Assembly: GCA_019310385.1 (NCBI GenBank)
Contig: JAFDEK010000001.1
Coordinates: 66,997-130,996, forward strand
DNA from: Deltaproteobacteria bacterium
Lineage (GTDB): Bacteria; Myxococcota_A; UBA9160; UBA4427
DNA length: 64,000 nt
Direction: 5' to 3'
Made by a program: the position numbers and the translations under genes. The notes under the pieces are model-generated. The model saw nothing but the letters and a program-made list of their open reading frames with translations. It had not been told where the DNA came from and did not search any database. Each line of letters starts with the position of its first letter. The stretch's first letter is position 1. Of this stretch, positions 35,608-45,375 are shown piece after piece.

Positions 35608-38387
35608 GAGGAGGAGCCCTCACCGCCGAGACGTCCCGCGAGGCGTCCCGCGAGGCTTTGGAGCAGGAGCAATGCGTCGACGGGGGTCATCCGATTCACG
35701 TCGAGCTCGCGCAGCTGGGACAAGATCTCCTCTTCTTCTGGCGGTCGCGGGGCCGGCTCGCCCAGGGCGAGGGCCAGCTGGCCGCCCGCGGCCGGCCCAG
35801 CTGGCGCGCCCTCCGCCAGGCGTGGGAAGCCGGTTGGATCGAGCTCTCCCTCTTCGAGATTGTGCAGGATCTGCCGCGCCCGGGCGATCAGCTCGTCGGG
35901 CAGTCCCGCGAGCCGCGCAACCTGGATCCCGTAGGAGCGGCTGGCCCCGCCGCTCACGAGCCGGCGCAGGAAGACCACCTCCTCCTCCCACTCCCGGGCT
36001 TCGAAGTGGGCGTTGCGCACCCGGGACTTCGTGCACGAGATGTCGGTGAGCTCGTGGTAGTGAGTCGCGAAGAGGGTGCGCGGCGTGAGGCCCGGCGTGT
36101 CGTGCAGGTACTCGACCACCGCCCACGCGATGGAGAGACCGTCGAAGGTGCTGGTGCCCCGGCCGATCTCGTCCAGGATGACCAGGCTGCGCCGCGAGGC
36201 GTTGCGCAGGATCTCCGCGGTCTCGCGCATCTCGACCATGAAGGTCGATTCGCCCCGGGCCAGCCGATCCGACGCGCCGACCCGCGTAAAGATGCGGTCG
36301 ACGACGCCGATACGCGCCTCGTCGGCGGGAACGAAGCTCCCCATCTGGGCCATCAGGGTGATCAGGGCCACCTGGCGCAGGTAGGTACTCTTGCCCGACA
36401 TATTGGGCCCCGTGAGCAGCAGCAGCTGGGTGTCGGCGGGATCGAGCTCCGTGTCGTTGGGAACGAAGTCGTCCGCTCCCCCATCGGCCAGCATGGCCTC
36501 CACGACGGGGTGCCGCCCGCCCCGGATCTCGCTGCGCTCGCCGGAATCGATCGAGGGACGCACCCAGCCCCGCTGCCGCGCGACCTCGGCCAGGGAGCCG
36601 AGGGCGTCGAGAGTGGCCACCGCGTCGGCTGCCGCGCGGACGCGCGTCGCGTCGGCCACCACGGCAAGGCGTAGGGATTCGAGAATCTCCCGCTCGAGGG
36701 CGGCCGCGCGTTCATTGGCGCCCATCACCTTGCCCTGCATCTCGTCGAGCTCCGGCGTGGTGAAGCGCTCGACGTTGGCCAGAGTCTGCTTGCGCACGTA
36801 GTCGTCGGGAACCCGGGCGAGCTGGCTCTTCGGAACCTCGAGGGAGTAGCCGTGGACCGGGTGGTACTTGATCTTCAGGCTCGCAATGCCGCTGCGGTCG
36901 CGCTCCCTGGCCTCGAGGCCCGCGATCCACTCCCGCCCCTTGCTCGCGCTCTCACGCAGCACGTCGAGCTCCGGCCGGAATCCAGCGCGGATGTAGCCCG
37001 TCGCGCCCGCGCCCCGGGATCCCCGGGCGATCACCGGCGGGTCATCGACCAGTCCCTCGCAGAGCAGTGTGCACAGCTCCGGCAGCAGCACGGGCGCTGC
37101 CAACAGCGCCGGCCCCTCGCTGTCTTCGGGCAGCAGGGCCGACTCGCCCTCGCCTGCGCGGCCACGCGCCTCCTCGAGGGCGGCGCACACCGCCGGCAGG
37201 GCGAGCAGGGACGAACGCAGTTGCCCGAGGTCTCGCGGCACCGCGGTGGGGCGGATCGCCTTCGTGAGAATCCGCTCCAGGTCGCGCACCGCGCGCAGGG
37301 CCTCGCGCAGCTGTGCCCGGGGCCGATCCCGCTCGGCGAGATAGGCCACGGCTGCGTGACGCTCGCCGATGGAGTCGGGAGTCAAGAGCGGATAGCGCAG
37401 CCACTGCGCCAGGCGCCGGGCACCCAGCGCCGTGCTCGTGTGGTCGAGCTGCTCGATCAGGGTGCCGCTGCGCCCACGGTCCACATTGTTGGCAAAGAGC
37501 TCGAGGTGCGTGCGCGTAGCCTCGTCGAGCACCATGGTGTCGCCCAGGTGATAGCGGCGCAGACGCGGCGCGTGGGCGAGCGCGAAGGGCTGATTCGCGC
37601 CGAGGTACGAGAGAAGAGCCGCCGCCGCGCGGCTCTCCGGCGAGCGCTCCTCGGGGTCGAAGCCTTCGGGCCGGGCGGGCGCGGAGGCGGGATCGAAGCC
37701 CGCGGCGTCCACCCGGGTCAGCGCTGCCCCGGGCAAGGCGGTCTGCAGGCGCTCGGCCACGAGGCCGTCGAGCTCGCGACTGAGCAGGATCTCGCGGGGT
37801 GCGACGCGCCGCAGCTCTTCCAGCAGGAGCTCGGGGATCTCGGCTCCGCCCGCCACTGCCCCCGCCAACCCGCCCGCCACTCTGCCCTCCAGCCCGCCGC
37901 CCGACTCGACGCCGGTCACCCGGAAGTCTCCCGTCGAAGCGTCCAGCACCGCGAGGCCGGCGCGACCTGGCGCTGAAAGGTCGAGAGCCGCCAGGGTGAC
38001 CTCGCGAACCGCCTCGAGACCCTCGGGATCCCCAACCAGGCCCGGCGTTACCACCTCGACCACTTCGCGCTTTACCAGCCGCTTGCCGGGGGTCGCCTTG
38101 GGATCCTCGACCTGCTCGCAGATCGCCACACGATGACCCAGCTCGGCCAGCCGTTTCACGTAGGCGTCGGCACTGTGCACCGGAAAGCCGCACATGGGCA
38201 CCGGATCGGACTTGTCCTTGTCCCGGGTGGTCAAGGTGATGTCGAGAATGGGGGCGGCGAACTCCGCATCTTCGAGGAAGAGCTCGTAGAAGTCGCCCAT
38301 GCGATAGAGCACGATGGCATCGGGAAACTGCGCCTTGATCGCCAGGTACTGGCGCATCATGGGCGTCTGGCGGGAGTCGGACTTCAC
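35604..38387 (-). CDS. mutS: DNA mismatch repair protein MutS
   Basis: TPMMRQYLAIKAQFPDAIVLYRMGDFYELF, Walker A LLLTGPNMSGKSTYLRQ, and SLVILDEIGRGTSTFDGLSIAWAV. Confidence 0.95.
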   Translation of the reverse strand: MKSDSRQTPMMRQYLAIKAQFPDAIVLYRMGDFYELFLEDAEFAAPILDITLTTRDKDKSDPVPMCGFPVHSADAYVKRLAELGHRVAICEQVEDPKATPGKRLVKREVVEVVTPGLVGDPEGLEAVREVTLAALDLSAPGRAGLAVLDASTGDFRVTGVESGGGLEGRVAGGLAGAVAGGAEIPELLLEELRRVAPREILLSRELDGLVAERLQTALPGAALTRVDAAGFDPASAPARPEGFDPEERSPESRAAAALLSYLGANQPFALAHAPRLRRYHLGDTMVLDEATRTHLELFANNVDRGRSGTLIEQLDHTSTALGARRLAQWLRYPLLTPDSIGERHAAVAYLAERDRPRAQLREALRAVRDLERILTKAIRPTAVPRDLGQLRSSLLALPAVCAALEEARGRAGEGESALLPEDSEGPALLAAPVLLPELCTLLCEGLVDDPPVIARGSRGAGATGYIRAGFRPELDVLRESASKGREWIAGLEARERDRSGIASLKIKYHPVHGYSLEVPKSQLARVPDDYVRKQTLANVERFTTPELDEMQGKVMGANERAAALEREILESLRLAVVADATRVRAAADAVATLDALGSLAEVARQRGWVRPSIDSGERSEIRGGRHPVVEAMLADGGADDFVPNDTELDPADTQLLLLTGPNMSGKSTYLRQVALITLMAQMGSFVPADEARIGVVDRIFTRVGASDRLARGESTFMVEMRETAEILRNASRRSLVILDEIGRGTSTFDGLSIAWAVVEYLHDTPGLTPRTLFATHYHELTDISCTKSRVRNAHFEAREWEEEVVFLRRLVSGGASRSYGIQVARLAGLPDELIARARQILHNLEEGELDPTGFPRLAEGAPAGPAAGGQLALALGEPAPRPPEEEEILSQLRELDVNRMTPVDALLLLQSLAGRLAGRLGGEGSSS

Positions 38388-39418
38388 TCGAGGCTCTCCC
38401 CGTCCAGCAGATCCTGCCGCTTGTCCAGCACGTCGAGCAGGCTCCCCAGCTCCTTCAGGGCCTCGCCGTCGCGACCCGCCGCGAGCAGGATCCGCCCCGC
38501 GGCGACGCGCTGCTCGAGCTGCCCGGGCCCCCCATCGCCGAGGCCCTCGAGCTCCGCCAGCGCGGCGTCGGTCTCACCCCGGGCAGCCAGATGGGAGGCC
38601 AGTGCGAGGCCCAGTCCCCGGTCTCCCGGCCGCGCTTCCATGCGCCGGCGCAAGAAGGCCTCGTAATCGCGGGTGCGCCCGAGGGCGGCGAAGGTCGACT
38701 CCAGACGCGGGTACAGCGCCACGGCGGCGACCGGGTCCAGCTCGGGGACCTTCTGCCATGCGGACAGGGCCGCCTTCTTGCGGCCCCGATCTGCCTCGAG
38801 CTCGCCGAGCAGACAAAGGGCGGCGACGCACTTCGGATCGCGTCGCAACGCCTTCTTGACGGTTCGCCGGGCCGCGTCGCCGAGGCCCTTTTCGCGCTCC
38901 TGCTCGGCCATGCGCACCAGCAGAGTCGCCTCCCGCCCCGGGTCCTTTCGCTTCTGCGCCCTCCCGAGACGTCGCGACATCTCGATGCCACGGGGAAATT
39001 CCCGGAGCTCCGAGAGCAGCTCCACCAAGGCCGCAAGCGCGCCCGTATGGCGGGGCGCGTGGGCGAGCACCTCCTCGTATGAGGCGACGGCGCGCCGCAG
39101 GAAGCCCCCCGCCCAGAAGTCCTCGGCCAGCTCCGCGAGAACCGTCACCCGGGCCTTGGCGTCGACGTCGTGACGCAGGAGCAGGTTTTGGTGGATGCGG
39201 ATTGCACGACCGATCTCGCCCCGGCCCCGGTAGAAACGCGCCAGGGCCATGTAGGCATCGATGGCGTCCGAGTCGGCCCGGACCGCCTCTGCGAGCTGGG
39301 CCTCGGCCTCCTCGAACTCCCCGTCGAGGAGTGCGAAGAGCGCCTTGCGCAGGCACGCGTTGACCTCGCGCTCGCGACTGGCCCGGGTGGGCAGCGCCCC
39401 CTTCGCCGAATCACTCAC
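38384..39418 (-). CDS. LapB(YciM)-like TPR protein lacking the N-terminal anchor and C-terminal rubredoxin domain
   Basis: ALARFYRGRGEIGRAIRIHQNLLL matches E. coli LapB TLGNLFRSRGEVDRAIRIHQTLM. TPR repeats run throughout and the gene sits downstream of a lapA-like gene. There are no Cys pairs at the C-terminus. Start is placed at GTG 39418; the listed ORF start at 39751 overlaps lapA. Confidence 0.6.
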   Translation of the reverse strand: MSDSAKGALPTRASREREVNACLRKALFALLDGEFEEAEAQLAEAVRADSDAIDAYMALARFYRGRGEIGRAIRIHQNLLLRHDVDAKARVTVLAELAEDFWAGGFLRRAVASYEEVLAHAPRHTGALAALVELLSELREFPRGIEMSRRLGRAQKRKDPGREATLLVRMAEQEREKGLGDAARRTVKKALRRDPKCVAALCLLGELEADRGRKKAALSAWQKVPELDPVAAVALYPRLESTFAALGRTRDYEAFLRRRMEARPGDRGLGLALASHLAARGETDAALAELEGLGDGGPGQLEQRVAAGRILLAAGRDGEALKELGSLLDVLDKRQDLLDGESLE

Positions 39419-39447
39419 TGTGCGCAGACCGGACCAGCCCACGAGGC

Positions 39448-39810
39448 TCAAGCGCCCCGACCGGAAGCGCCTCCGGACAGGTCGAGCGGCTCCTCCGGCA
39501 GCGCGGGATCTTCGTCGATCAGGGGAAGGTTGCGCAGCTGGTGGACCTCGCCTTCGAGCCCCGCAACGGTCTTGCGATAGTGGCGAGCCAGCAGTCCCGC
39601 ACGGGCAAGGCTGAAGCCCGAGAAGAGAGCGACGATGCCCGCTCCCAGGACGAAGGCAGCCAGCAGGGCGAGCCACAGCGCAAGACTCGGCGTCTCGCCC
39701 GCCAGATAGTTCACGGTCACCTGGGCGGAGTTCTGCGCTGCGAAGCGCCAACCGCCGATGAGTACCGCCAAGAATACGAGCGCGAGCAACGCGCGGCGCA
39801 ACAAGAGCAT
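39448..39810 (-). CDS. LapA(YciS)/DUF1049-like inner membrane protein
   Basis: Two TM helices flanking QNSAQVTVNYLAGE. Positioned between ihfB and the lapB-like gene, as in proteobacterial rpsA-ihfB-lapA-lapB clusters. Confidence 0.6.
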   Translation of the reverse strand: MLLLRRALLALVFLAVLIGGWRFAAQNSAQVTVNYLAGETPSLALWLALLAAFVLGAGIVALFSGFSLARAGLLARHYRKTVAGLEGEVHQLRNLPLIDEDPALPEEPLDLSGGASGRGA

Positions 39811-39866
39811 GGATGCCTCGCCAGTCCCCCCCGGCCCCTGAGGGCCGACTGCAAGGTCCGCTGCGA

Positions 39867-40241
39867 TCAGGCGGACGCCGTTTCCTGTCCTCCCTCGGAG
39901 CCTCCCTCAGAGCCTCCCTCGGAGCCCCCCGCGGCAGGCGCCGCGGCCGCCTCCTCCTTGCCGGAGCGGTCGACCATCTCCTTCAGCTCCTTGCCCACCT
40001 TGAAGAAGGGCGTCCGCTTGGCAGTGATGTGCACGGGCTCCCCGGTCTTGGGATTCCGCCCGTCACGCGCCTCGCGCACCTTGACCTGGAAGCTCCCGAA
40101 GCCGCGAATCTCGATACGGTCGCCGTTCTTCAGCGACTCGACCATGGAATCGAAGATCGTGTTGACCACGACCTCCGTGTCCTTCTTCGAAATGTGAGGC
40201 GTGCGCCTCGCGACTTCCTCGATCAGCCCGCTCTTCGTCAT
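39867..40241 (-). CDS. ihfB: Integration host factor beta subunit with low-complexity C-terminal tail
   Basis: MTKSGLIEEVA...DRIEIRGFGSFQVKVREARDGRNPKTGEPVHITAKRTPFFKVGKELK parallels E. coli IhfB. Start at ATG 40241. Tail AAAAPAAGGSEGGSEGGSEGGQETASA. Confidence 0.85.
   Translation of the reverse strand: MTKSGLIEEVARRTPHISKKDTEVVVNTIFDSMVESLKNGDRIEIRGFGSFQVKVREARDGRNPKTGEPVHITAKRTPFFKVGKELKEMVDRSGKEEAAAAPAAGGSEGGSEGGSEGGQETASA
39889..39924. repeat. 3 x 12-nt tandem repeat in the ihfB tail
   Basis: CCTCCCTCGGAG / CCTCCCTCAGAG / CCTCCCTCGGAG, encoding (SEGG)x3. Confidence 0.9.
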
Positions 40242-40331
40242 CGCAATCTCCGGCCGACTTCTCTTCAAGTGTGCGTTTGTGTGTCACGCAGCCCGGGGCG
40301 CCCCTGCGCGCCCCGGGCTCCATTGACCGAC

Positions 40332-42047
40332 CTACTCTTCTTCCGACCCCTCGGAGGCCTTCTGGGCGAGCTTCTCCTTGAGGAGATCTCCCAGCGTGGT
40401 CGCCTGACTGGCAGACTGTTGGGCCGCCAGCTCCTTCAGAGCGGCCCGCTCAGCCTTGTCCGTCACGGCTCGGATCGACAGGGAGATCTTCTGCTCCGCC
40501 GGATCGACCTTCACCACGAGCGCCGTGATCTCCTGTCCCGCCTCGAAGTGCTCGGCGGGCTTTTCGATCCTCTCGGCGGCGAGCTCCGAGCTGTACACCA
40601 GCCCCTCGATCCCCTCGTCCAACTTCACGAAGACGCCGAAGTCAGTGACGTTGGTGGCCGGGCCCGTGATCTCGCTCCCGATCGGGTACTTGCTCTGGAT
40701 ACCGTCCCAGGGGTTGGGCTCGAGCTGCTTGATGCCCAGGGAGAACTTCTCGTTCTCCTTGTCGATCTTGAGCACCACGGCACTCACGTCGTCACCCTTC
40801 TCGAACTTCTCGCTGGGGTGCTTGATCTGCTCCGTCCACGAGATGTCGGACACGTGCACCAGACCGTCGATACCCTCCTCGAGCCCCACGAAGATCCCGA
40901 AGTTGGTGATGTTGCGCACCTGACCCGTAACGTTGGATCCCACCGGGTACTTCTCTTCGATCAGCGTCCAGGGATTCTCTTCGATCTGCTTCATGCCGAG
41001 GGAGATCTTGCGCTCGCGCTCGTCCACGTCGAGCACTACCGCCTCGACGGTGTCGTTCACAGATACCACCTTGGAGGGGTGCTTCACCCGCTTCGTCCAG
41101 GACATCTCGGAGACGTGGACCAGCCCCTCGATACCCGGCTCGAGCTCGATGAAAGCCCCGTAGTCGGTCAGCGAAACCACGCGACCCTGCAGCCGCTTGC
41201 CGATGGGGTAGCGCATTCCGGCGTCGACCCAGGGGTCGGGCTGGATCTGCTTCAAGCCCAGGGAGACGCGCTCGGACTCCGGGTCGAACTTCAGGACCTT
41301 GACCTTGATCTCGTCACCGACGTGGAAGAGCTCGCTGGGATGATTGATGCGGCCCCAGGACATGTCGGTGATGTGCAGCAGGCCATCGATCCCGCCGAGA
41401 TCGATGAAGGCCCCGTAGTCGGTCAGGTTCTTGATCACGCCGTCCACGATCTGGCCAGCCGACAGGGTGCTGAGCGTGTCTTCCCGCAACTTGCGCCGCT
41501 CGGTCTCGAGGAGCGCGCGTCGCGAGAGCACGATGTTGCCCCGCCGCTTGTTGAACTTGATGATCTTGAAGCTGGACTTGGTCCCGATCAGGGTCTCGAG
41601 GTTGCGCACCGGGCGCAGATCGACCTGGGAGCCGGGCAGGAATGCCTTGACCCCGATGTCGACGGAGAGCCCGCCCTTGACCCGGGCGATAATGGTGCCC
41701 TCCACGGCCTCGTCGCCCTCGTAGGCATTGCTGATCTCGTCCCAGATCTTGAGGCGCTCCGCCTTCTCCTTGGAGAGTACGATGCGGCCCTCTTCGTCCT
41801 CGGAATCCTCGACCAGGACGTCGACCTGGTCGCCGACCTTGATCATCATGCTCCCGTCGTCTTCCATGAACTCCCACGCGGGAACGAGACCTTCGGACTT
41901 GAATCCGATGTCCACCTGAACGAAGTCCTCGTCGATGGAGAGAACGATGCCCTTCGCGACCTCGCCTTCCTTGATGGCCTTGGGGCCCTTGTCGAAGAGC
42001 TCAGCGAAGCTGGCTTCTCCAGTGCTAGCGGTTGTCATGTCACTCAT
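40332..42047 (-). CDS. rpsA: 30S ribosomal protein S1
   Basis: Six S1 repeats (for example GIVLSIDEDFVQVDIGFKSEGLV, GAFIDLGGIDGLLHITDMSW, GAFIELEPGIEGLVHVSEMSW). 571 aa. Confidence 0.95.
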   Translation of the reverse strand: MSDMTTASTGEASFAELFDKGPKAIKEGEVAKGIVLSIDEDFVQVDIGFKSEGLVPAWEFMEDDGSMMIKVGDQVDVLVEDSEDEEGRIVLSKEKAERLKIWDEISNAYEGDEAVEGTIIARVKGGLSVDIGVKAFLPGSQVDLRPVRNLETLIGTKSSFKIIKFNKRRGNIVLSRRALLETERRKLREDTLSTLSAGQIVDGVIKNLTDYGAFIDLGGIDGLLHITDMSWGRINHPSELFHVGDEIKVKVLKFDPESERVSLGLKQIQPDPWVDAGMRYPIGKRLQGRVVSLTDYGAFIELEPGIEGLVHVSEMSWTKRVKHPSKVVSVNDTVEAVVLDVDERERKISLGMKQIEENPWTLIEEKYPVGSNVTGQVRNITNFGIFVGLEEGIDGLVHVSDISWTEQIKHPSEKFEKGDDVSAVVLKIDKENEKFSLGIKQLEPNPWDGIQSKYPIGSEITGPATNVTDFGVFVKLDEGIEGLVYSSELAAERIEKPAEHFEAGQEITALVVKVDPAEQKISLSIRAVTDKAERAALKELAAQQSASQATTLGDLLKEKLAQKASEGSEEE

Positions 42048-42105
42048 GCTCGGTTTGATGTGCTCCTTGGTGGCCGCCGCTCTGGGCAGCCTGGAATTTC
42101 CGGGT

Positions 42106-43083
42106 TTACGCCCCCGGATCGGGCGAATCTGGCGCGCGCACGCTCGCCGGCTCCACGGATTCCGGGCTCGTGTCCCGGGCTCCCGCTATGGCCGACAGAG
42201 TTTCGCGTGCTGACGCGAGAAATCCTTCCTGTGCTTCGCTGTCTCCCTGCTCGATGGCTCGCGCGAGCTTCGCCAGGGACTCGCCGAAAGCCTCCAGCGG
42301 CCCGGCCAGGGCCTTTCGGTTGGCGCTGAGGATATCGCCCCAAAGCTCCGCGTCACTTCTCGCAATGCGGGTAAAATCTCGAAATCCGCTCCCCGCGAGG
42401 GTCCCCGCCCCGGCCGGAGCCTTCCGCAGGGCGTCGGCAAACGCAAATGCCAGCACGTGCGGCACGTGGCTGACCCAGGCCGCCTCGATGTCGTGCTGCA
42501 CGGGATCGCGCTCCACCACTCGGGTGCCGAGGGCCCGCCAGAAGCCCGCGAGCCGCTCCACCGCGTTCCTGTCGCTGCACGCGAGCGGCGTCACGACGCA
42601 GCACGCTCCTTCGAGGAGCTCCTCCCGGGCGTGCTCGACGCCCTTGAGGTGGCTTCCCGCCATGGGGTGGGAGCCGATGTACTCAACCCCCGGCGGGAGC
42701 AAGCCCGGCAGCGTGTCGGCCAGCTCGGCCTTCACGCTGCCCACGTCCGTCACGATGGCGCCAGGCTCGAGTGCCCCTGCTGCCACTTCCAGAATGCCCG
42801 GCATGGCGGGCACCGGAGTCGCGAGCAGGACCAGATCGGCGCCGCGAACCGCGGAGGCCACGTCCGCCACCTCGTCGACCACACCGCGCTCGAGGGCTTC
42901 TCGCAGGGGAGCCTGTCTACGGCCCGCGCCCACGACCCGGCGCGCAACGCCCCGCCGCCGAGCAGCCAGGGCCACGGAGCCACCCAGCAGGCCCAGCCCG
43001 AGCACCGCGAGCCGCTCGACGGGCTCGAAGGCGTCGGCCTTACCGGCCGCGGAGCGGCCCGCGAGTGTATGCTCGCCGTTCAA
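42106..43083 (-). CDS. tyrA: Prephenate dehydrogenase
   Basis: LAVLGLGLLGGSVALAARRRG, IVTDVGSVK and GSHPMAGS. The TTG start at 43083 overlaps the hisC stop (TTGA). The upstream part of the listed 531-aa ORF overlaps hisC and is not coding. Confidence 0.8.
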   Translation of the reverse strand: MNGEHTLAGRSAAGKADAFEPVERLAVLGLGLLGGSVALAARRRGVARRVVGAGRRQAPLREALERGVVDEVADVASAVRGADLVLLATPVPAMPGILEVAAGALEPGAIVTDVGSVKAELADTLPGLLPPGVEYIGSHPMAGSHLKGVEHAREELLEGACCVVTPLACSDRNAVERLAGFWRALGTRVVERDPVQHDIEAAWVSHVPHVLAFAFADALRKAPAGAGTLAGSGFRDFTRIARSDAELWGDILSANRKALAGPLEAFGESLAKLARAIEQGDSEAQEGFLASARETLSAIAGARDTSPESVEPASVRAPDSPDPGA

Positions 43084-44186
43084 GCGCCTCCCCCTCCACC
43101 TTCCTGGAGCCGGCGCAGGGCCTTCACCAGCCGCTCGTTCTCTTCCGGAAGCCCCACGGTGATGCGGATGTAATCGTCGAGACCGAAGCCCTGCATGGGG
43201 CGCACGATGATTCCCTCGCGCAGCAGTGCTTCGTAGGTCCCGGCGCCGCTGCGGGCCAGCACGAAGTTGGCATCGCTGGGCAGCACCTCGATCCCCAGAG
43301 CGGCGAGCTCCCGGCCAAGGTACTCGATGCCCTGGGCGTTGCAGGCCCGGGTGCGCTCGACGTGCTCCGTGTCGTCCAACGCCGCCGTCGCAGCTGCCTC
43401 TGCCAGCCGACTCACGTTGAAGGGATGCCGCGCCCGCTCGAGGTAGCCCACCAGCTCCGCGTCGCCGATCCCGTAGCCGATGCGCAGCCCGGCGAGTCCA
43501 TAGATCTTCGAGAAGGTGCGCATCACCAGGGTTCCCGGGCGCCGCTCGAGCCATGCGAGGGCGTCGGGAAAGTCCGGGCGCCGCGCGAACTCGAAGTAGG
43601 CTTCGTCGACGACGAGGATCACCGACCCGGGCAGGCTCTCTACGAAGCGATCGAAGTCGTCGGCCCCGACGCTCGTACCCGTGGGATTGTTGGGGTTGCA
43701 CACGAAGACGATCTTGCTGCGCTCGTTCACCGCCCTCGCCATGGCGGGAAGGTCATGGGCGAGATCGGCGCCCAGGGGCACCTGCACCGGGCGGCCTCCC
43801 ATACCCCGCACCACGATCGGGTACATCGCGAAGGAGGGCCATGCGAACACGACCTCGTCGCCGGGCGAGAGGAAGGTCTTTGCCAGCAGCTCGAGGATCT
43901 CGTCGGCGCCGCAGCCGAAGACCAGCTGCCGCGACGATACGCCGAGCTGCTGGGAGAGGCGGTCGCGCAGCGCGAAGCAGGCGCCGTCGGGGTAGCGGTG
44001 AACCTCGCCGACTGCCCCACGCAAGGCCGCCACGGCCTTCGGCGAGGGGCCCAGGGGATTCTCGTTGGACGCCAGCTTGATCGACGACGAGATGCCGAGC
44101 TCGCGCTCGAGCTCCTCCATGGGCTTGCCGGGCTCGTAGGGCCGCAGCTCGCGGATGTGGTCGTTTACGAGGTCAGCGATCGCCAT
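43080..44186 (-). CDS. hisC: Histidinol-phosphate / aromatic aminotransferase
   Basis: IRELRPYEPGKP, IKLASNENPLGPSP, VFVCNPNNPTG, VVDEAYFEF and RTFSKIYGLAGLRIGY. Start at ATG 44186. Confidence 0.9.
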   Translation of the reverse strand: MAIADLVNDHIRELRPYEPGKPMEELERELGISSSIKLASNENPLGPSPKAVAALRGAVGEVHRYPDGACFALRDRLSQQLGVSSRQLVFGCGADEILELLAKTFLSPGDEVVFAWPSFAMYPIVVRGMGGRPVQVPLGADLAHDLPAMARAVNERSKIVFVCNPNNPTGTSVGADDFDRFVESLPGSVILVVDEAYFEFARRPDFPDALAWLERRPGTLVMRTFSKIYGLAGLRIGYGIGDAELVGYLERARHPFNVSRLAEAAATAALDDTEHVERTRACNAQGIEYLGRELAALGIEVLPSDANFVLARSGAGTYEALLREGIIVRPMQGFGLDDYIRITVGLPEENERLVKALRRLQEGGGGGA

Positions 44187-45375
44187 GGGTCGGGTTCGCC
44201 TCCTCGATGCTGCCCACGATGGGACTCGGAACTTCCTGGGCTCGCGGATAGGAGCCCAGGATCTTGTGGGAGTGGGCCAGGGCCGCCGCATCCTCCAGCG
44301 CCTTGGCGAGGGCGTCGTCCTCGAGGTGTCCCTCCATGTCGACGAAGAAGAGGTACTCCCAGGGCTTGTCCTTCATGGGGCGAGACTGGATCGCCGTGAG
44401 GTTCACGTCGTAGCGGGCGAAGGACTCGAGCAGGCGGTAGAGCGCCCCGCTCTGGTTCTTGCGCGCGGTGAACACCACCGAGGTGAGATCCTTGCCGCTG
44501 GGCGCGGGCGTCTCGCTGCCGATGACGAGGAAGCGCGTCGTGTTGCCGCGCAGGTCCTCGATGCCCGCCTCGACGACCTCGAGACCGTAGGCGTCGGCGG
44601 CGATCTCGCTGCCGATCGCGGCCAGCGAGGCGTCCCCGGCCGCCAGCTGCGCCGCCCTCGCGGTGCTGCTGGTCTCCACGATCTCGACGTCCGGAAGCCG
44701 GCGCTGGAGCCACTCGCGACACTGGGCCAGGGGCTGCGGATGCGAGGCGACCCGCTCGAGGCCGGCGAGGCCGCCGCCCTTGCGCAGGAGATTCTGCTTG
44801 ACCTCGACCAGCAGCTCACCGCAGATGGTCACGTCGGCGTCGACGAGGTTGTCGAAGCACTCGGTCACCGCGCCCTCGGTCGTATTCTCGACGGGAACGA
44901 CGCCGAAGTGGGTCTCGCCGCGCTCGGTGCGGGTGAAGACCTCCGCCAGGGTCTTGCACGGGATCAGGTCGATCTGCCCGCCGAACTGCCGGATCACCGC
45001 CTCGTGACTGAAGGTGCCTTCGGGACCGAGGTAGGCCACGCTCATCATCTTCTCGAGGGATCGGGTGGCGGAAATGATCTCGCGGAACACGTGGCTGATC
45101 CCCGCATTGGGAAAGGGGCCCGGATTCGCGTCGATGAGGGCCGCGATCAGATCTCGCTCGCGGCTCGCCACATAGACCGGGCTGCGCTGCCCGCCCTCCT
45201 TGAGCTGGCCAACCCTCGCCACGAGCTCGGCGCGGCGATTCAGTCGTTCGAGAAGCTCGCGATCCACGGCGTCGACGTCTCGGCGGAGCCGGGCAAGGGG
45301 TGCCGCAATGTCCCCACCCGCCTCTTCGGCCGGCGCTGACTCGCTCGGATCCTGCTCCTGTCGGGCTTTGCTCAT
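44173..45375 (-). CDS. pheA: Bifunctional chorismate mutase / prephenate dehydratase (P-protein)
   Basis: CM domain (LARLRRDVDAVDRELLERLNRRAELVARVGQLK), PDT domain (VAYLGPEGTFSHEA, ENTTEGAV, TRFLVIG) and ACT domain (TSVVFTARKNQSGALYRLLESFA). Start at ATG 45375. Confidence 0.9.
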   Translation of the reverse strand: MSKARQEQDPSESAPAEEAGGDIAAPLARLRRDVDAVDRELLERLNRRAELVARVGQLKEGGQRSPVYVASRERDLIAALIDANPGPFPNAGISHVFREIISATRSLEKMMSVAYLGPEGTFSHEAVIRQFGGQIDLIPCKTLAEVFTRTERGETHFGVVPVENTTEGAVTECFDNLVDADVTICGELLVEVKQNLLRKGGGLAGLERVASHPQPLAQCREWLQRRLPDVEIVETSSTARAAQLAAGDASLAAIGSEIAADAYGLEVVEAGIEDLRGNTTRFLVIGSETPAPSGKDLTSVVFTARKNQSGALYRLLESFARYDVNLTAIQSRPMKDKPWEYLFFVDMEGHLEDDALAKALEDAAALAHSHKILGSYPRAQEVPSPIVGSIEEANPTHGDR

